Position numbers and translations under genes: made by a program. From IMG/VR virus record IMGVR_UViG_3300027921_000029, positions 1 through 38,889 of that record: DNA of 38,889 nucleotides; one strand, 5' to 3'. Every line of letters begins with the position of its first letter. The first letter of the stretch is position 1. Below are positions 35,290-38,889 of this stretch, piece by piece. This stretch comes from a virus (taxonomy: Duplodnaviria > Caudoviricetes). The notes under the pieces were generated by a model that saw nothing but the letters and a program-made list of their open reading frames with translations, did not search any database and had not been told where the DNA came from.

Positions 35290-35971
35290 CTGCTACGTGG
35301 AGCCGTTCGCGGGCGGCGCGGCCCTGTACTTCCTGAAAGAGCCATCCGCGACCGAAGTCATCAACGACATCAACGGCGAGCTGGTGAACCTATACAGGGT
35401 GGTTAAACATCACCTCGAAGAGTTCGTCAGACAATTCAAATGGGCTTTGATCAGCCGGAAGATATATGGATGGCTGAAACAGACCCCGGAAGAAACCCTG
35501 ACCGATATCCAGCGCGCCGCCAGGTTCTACTACCTCCAGAAGATGGCGTTTGGCGGCAAGGTGGCCAATCAGACCTTCGGCACGGCCACCACCGCAGCCC
35601 CACGCCTCAACCTGCTGCGTATTGAGGAAGAGCTTTCCGCCGCCCACCTGCGCCTGTCCCGAACCTACATCGAACATCTACCCTGGGACGAATGCGTAAA
35701 GCGCTACGACCGGCCCCACACGCTCTTCTACCTCGACCCGCCGTACTGGGGCACCGAGGGCTACGGCGTCAGCTTCGGGCTTGATCAGTATGCCCTCATG
35801 GCCGAACTGGCCAGGTCGATCAAGGGGAAGATGGTGGTGTCGGTAAACGACATCCCGGAAATGCGCCAAGCGTTCGAAGGGCTGGCAATGGAGCGCGCTG
35901 AGATCAACTACACGGTGGGTGGTGGCGCCCGGAGCAAACCAGCGAGTGAGTTGATCATCCGGAATTGGTAG
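35210..35971 (+). CDS. DNA adenine methyltransferase (Dam/D12 class)
   Basis: PWIGGK, YVEPFAGGAA, INDING and FYLDPPY motifs; AGGAGG RBS. Confidence 0.93.
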   Translation: MANPIIPWIGGKRRLAKRILPLFPAHDCYVEPFAGGAALYFLKEPSATEVINDINGELVNLYRVVKHHLEEFVRQFKWALISRKIYGWLKQTPEETLTDIQRAARFYYLQKMAFGGKVANQTFGTATTAAPRLNLLRIEEELSAAHLRLSRTYIEHLPWDECVKRYDRPHTLFYLDPPYWGTEGYGVSFGLDQYALMAELARSIKGKMVVSVNDIPEMRQAFEGLAMERAEINYTVGGGARSKPASELIIRNW

Positions 35972-36065
35972 CGGATATTCACCATCCAGGATTCACGGCG
36001 TTTTCCCATTTATTGTTCGTCCGGAATTCAAACGCCGTTCATCCGGAAATCAAAGCCGCTTTACT
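35953..36065 (-). repeat. Right end (attR) with tandem putative transposase-binding repeats
   Basis: GTTCGTCCGGAATTCAAA (36015-36032) and GTTCATCCGGAAATCAAA (36037-36054), 22-bp period; weaker copies near 35953 and 35981; ends TACT. Confidence 0.8.
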
Positions 36066-36070
36066 GATAG
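36066..36070 (+). repeat. Target-site duplication, right copy (GATAG)
   Basis: Matches 51-55. Confidence 0.85.
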
Positions 36071-36105
36071 GCCGGGGCCGGGTGGTTGGGGTTGTATGAA
36101 GCAGT

Positions 36106-36123
36106 CATGGTTGTGTCACCTCC
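36106..36123 (-). promoter_or_regulatory. cas11c: Internal RBS and ATG for nested cas11c
   Basis: GGAGGT, 9 nt, in-frame ATG at 36108 (MTASYNPNHPAPAY), at the position expected for type I-C internal initiation. Confidence 0.7.
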
Positions 36124-37490
36124 AGGTTTGCGTCGAACGAAATAGGCTTTGATAAGGCCCATGCGGGCGTGGTTGAAAGCAGGTTGATCCTTGTCCACCA
36201 GGTCGGCGCGAAAGCGGGCAAGCGCCTGGGCCATCAAGGGTTGCGGGATGGGTAGCCCCTGCACGGCGACCTTCCACAAGGTGGCAGCGGTGGGTGCGGG
36301 CAGGTCTTTCAGGTCGCGCACCAGCGCGCCACAGACCGCCATGAACTTGGGATCATGGGCATGGCCGTGACCATCGCGGGCGACGATGGCCAGATCGGAG
36401 AACCAGGCCTCGACATGGCTGACCAGATCCTCGAAACGGCCTTCCATCCAGTCGCGGACCATGACGCGGCCAGCCGCGCCGGAAACGGTCAGAGCGTAGA
36501 AACGGTTGTTTTCTAATTCAGTCCGCTGCCCGGCGCGGATGGCATCGAGGAGACGGCGTACTGCCGCATGCGCGGCGGCTTCGGTTTGCTCCTTGGTTTC
36601 CATGCCCATCAGGAATGCCAGCGGGTCGTCTTCGAGCGGAATCGTGTCTTTGTACCAATGCGCGACCAGGGTGTTGGCGATCTTGCGGGTGTGGTTTCGG
36701 ATGAGGTCATTCAGACCGTCGACATACTTCTGGACGGCTTCTTCGCCCATGGCTGCGTTGGCGGATTGCTTAAGGCCATACGAGCCGAACGCGTCCTTGT
36801 CAAAACCGACCAGGACATCGCCCATCGCCAAGCCGCCGACACCCGATAGCCCGGTAATTTTGGGATGGGTGGCAAGTGGCTTGACGGGCATGCCGGTCAG
36901 TAAGCAGATCATCGAGCCGTTGTCGCTCGGGCTGCCGCCAAGATCGAGTTGGTCCGTAACCGGTTCGCTCGCTTCGCCGGTTCGCCGCCAGGCACGCCAC
37001 CAGGCTTGCACCTCGCTGTCCTCGCGTGGGTCGAAGCCCTTGATGCGCCAGACCATCCAGTCGCTGGGTTTGGCCCTTTGTTCAGCCAGTGCGTTGCGCA
37101 CTTCGGCCAGTCGCTCTGGGTCTTCCAGCAAGGTCGCCAGCATTTCGAGGCATGGAATCGACCCGCTCGCTTCTCGCATCAGCCGGGTAAAGAAACCGTG
37201 GCGAACTTCTGCTGTGGCTATCTTTTTCGTGTCTTCGTTGGTCTTGAACAACAAAACCGCTGTTTGAGTGGTTTCAACCAGGAAGTGCGCTTTTCCTCCC
37301 GCGTTCATGCCGTGCATGTCCGGGCAACGGGGCAACGACTTGCCGCGCTGGCCGTCGCCCAGGGGTATGGCATTCAGGAAACGTCCGTCGCTGGCCAGTT
37401 CGACGAGCCAGCGAATTTCACGGGACTTGAAGCCCGGCTCGGACTCGGACAGATGGGTTTCGGCGTAGGCAACCAGTTCTTGCAGCATGG

Positions 37491-38255
37491 TCAGGCTCTC
37501 CCCGGTTTTTTCACCGCGTCACTGCTGAAAGAGGGCACTTTCAACACACCGGCCACCACATTGGCCTCGAACAGGGAGATGTAAGGTTTGTCGCCGTCCT
37601 TCACCCACTCGCGGGAAAGATCGAACACGTCGTAGAGCATGAAGCCCAGATGCTGATCGAAGGGTGCGGGACTGGTGGGGCGGGCATCTGGGGTTTCGAT
37701 GTATTCGAAGAATGCCGGGAACTCGCGGCAGCCCAGGTAGGGTTGCTGGAAGCACTTGCCAGCCTTGGCGCGGCGCTGGAACTGGCTGTTCATCTTGCCC
37801 CAGTCGGCTGAGAAGGCGGCCTTGGGGACGATCTTTGCAGTCAGGCGGTAACGGACATTCTTCAAGGCCATGGTCTGGCGTTGGGTGCGACCTTTCTGGT
37901 CGGTGCCGAGTTCATCCTTGCCGCCATCGGCCCAGAGTGGTTGCGGCGTCTCCCGCCCATCCATCCACTTATTGAGTGTGGCCGTGCCAGGCACCCGATC
38001 TTTCACCTCGTTACGTCGCAAAGCGATATAGCGTGGCATTTCCAGCACCTCGATGCGGGTGATCTGCCAGTGGAAATAGGGGCGCATCACGCTTTCCCGC
38101 CCTTGTTGCTCGCGTTTGCCATCCCAGTAGATGGCGTCGAAGATGCCGCGCGCCGCCGAGGGGGTGATGACTGGGTAGGAGAAACGTTCGACCTTCATTT
38201 CTGGTCGGGTGAAGCAGGCCAGGTCACCCCAGACTTCCAGCGTGTGTGTCGTCAT
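37491..38255 (-). CDS. cas5c: Type I-C Cas5c (Cas5d)
   Basis: VWGDLACFTRPEMKVERFSYPVITPSAARGIFDAIYW and PYLGCREF; AAGGAGG RBS. Confidence 0.95.
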   Translation of the reverse strand: MTTHTLEVWGDLACFTRPEMKVERFSYPVITPSAARGIFDAIYWDGKREQQGRESVMRPYFHWQITRIEVLEMPRYIALRRNEVKDRVPGTATLNKWMDGRETPQPLWADGGKDELGTDQKGRTQRQTMALKNVRYRLTAKIVPKAAFSADWGKMNSQFQRRAKAGKCFQQPYLGCREFPAFFEYIETPDARPTSPAPFDQHLGFMLYDVFDLSREWVKDGDKPYISLFEANVVAGVLKVPSFSSDAVKKPGRA

Positions 38256-38266
38256 GTCGCCTCCTT

Positions 38267-38889
38267 TTATGCGATGAATACCTGCGGGCCTTCGGGCGGT
38301 GTCAGCCCGAGGGTGTCGTCGTAATGGTCGCCTTCGAGGATGAACCACGCGTCGGAGACGCCGTTGTTGGTCGTGCCGCGACGGCGAAGTTTTGCAGCGA
38401 TTAACACACCCCAGGCCGGGTGCTTCGGCGCGGGTCGGTAGATGCTGACCGCCAGCCCCTGCGCGCGGCGCATCCAGCCGCCCGAGATGCCGATTTGTTC
38501 GGCTTCGGCGCGCAAGGCCTGGAAATCGTCCCAGCGATCCACCCAGGGTACGAGCACCTGGATGGCGTCCTGGTCGATGAGCCGGTAGCCGCGCGCCACC
38601 TCGATGAAGTCCAGCGCCTGGATGGCCTGGGACAGTTCGGCGTTCTGGCTGGCAGGATCATTCAGGTCGTAGAGGCGGTGGTAGTACGCCTGAAAAACCG
38701 TTGGATCGTTGATGTCCAGGCCGCCATTCAGGCTCAGCATGGTTCGGGTGACCTCGGTGGCTTGGTAATAAGCGAATGTTGGGTAACCTCGCTTTCTCTC
38801 GTCACCCTCGTCCGGCTCAAAAACAAGCACTTCACCCAACCGGCCATTCGCGTTCATCCGCCCCTCTCGATTGCAGCGCCCGGCCGCCT
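38267..38889 (-). CDS. cas3: Cas3 helicase/nuclease, C-terminal part (starts outside the window)
   Basis: Helicase motif VI AAGRCNREG at the window edge; C-terminal YDDTLGL; upstream of cas5c. Confidence 0.88.
   Translation of the reverse strand, partial: AAGRCNREGRMNANGRLGEVLVFEPDEGDERKRGYPTFAYYQATEVTRTMLSLNGGLDINDPTVFQAYYHRLYDLNDPASQNAELSQAIQALDFIEVARGYRLIDQDAIQVLVPWVDRWDDFQALRAEAEQIGISGGWMRRAQGLAVSIYRPAPKHPAWGVLIAAKLRRRGTTNNGVSDAWFILEGDHYDDTLGLTPPEGPQVFIA

Larger units (their letters stand above)
56..36065. mobile_element. Complete Mu-like transposable prophage (contractile tail), ~36.0 kb
   Basis: MuA/MuB-like genes plus a full Mu-type head, tail and lysis gene set. Flanked by direct repeat GATAG (51-55, 36066-36070). 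The flanks rejoin into one cas8c reading frame. Confidence 0.95.
36061..37488 (-). pseudogene. cas8c: Type I-C Cas8c (Csd1), truncated by the prophage
   Basis: MLQELVAYA…CLLTG…HPKI…FDKDAFGSYGL.QSANA…FYALTVSGAAGRVMVRDW; downstream of cas5c. The stop codon TAA is supplied by the phage end. Confidence 0.92.

Noticed and set aside
12963-38889. CRISPR-associated transposon (transposase and ATPase near cas genes)
   Set aside because: The cas genes lie outside the element and are disrupted by it, cas3 is present, and there is no TniQ-like gene.

Overview
The window is almost entirely one apparently complete ~36.0-kb Mu-like transposable prophage with a contractile tail (56..36065). It is inserted into the cas8c gene of a host type I-C CRISPR-Cas operon (cas3-cas5c-cas8c, minus strand, right side; the rest of cas8c continues at 1..55). 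Removing the element and one copy of the 5-bp duplication GATAG restores the cas8c frame (…PNHPAPAY-HCGGLLALFAKLQHAAL). The insertion falls about 15 codons after a likely internal cas11c start. The termini appear to be 5'-AGTA…TACT-3' rather than the usual TG…CA. Layout: a leftward arm (holin, endolysin, nested spanins, terminases, portal, MuF, gpG), a central repressor/ner/transposase A-B early region with gemA and mor/C, and a rightward arm (protease, capsid, tail, baseplate, fibre, com-dam). Signals not explained by the gene list: (1) a predicted small tRNA-like RNA with its own promoter and terminator, convergent with a MuF gene whose C-terminus resembles an RNase toxin and which has no protein immunity gene; (2) four copies of a 20-bp palindromic late-promoter box with an identically spaced -10, three of them carrying an anti-Shine-Dalgarno arm upstream of the predicted start site; (3) about a dozen REP-type palindromes, several translated inside phage proteins. 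All family names come from motif recognition and synteny; no searches were run.
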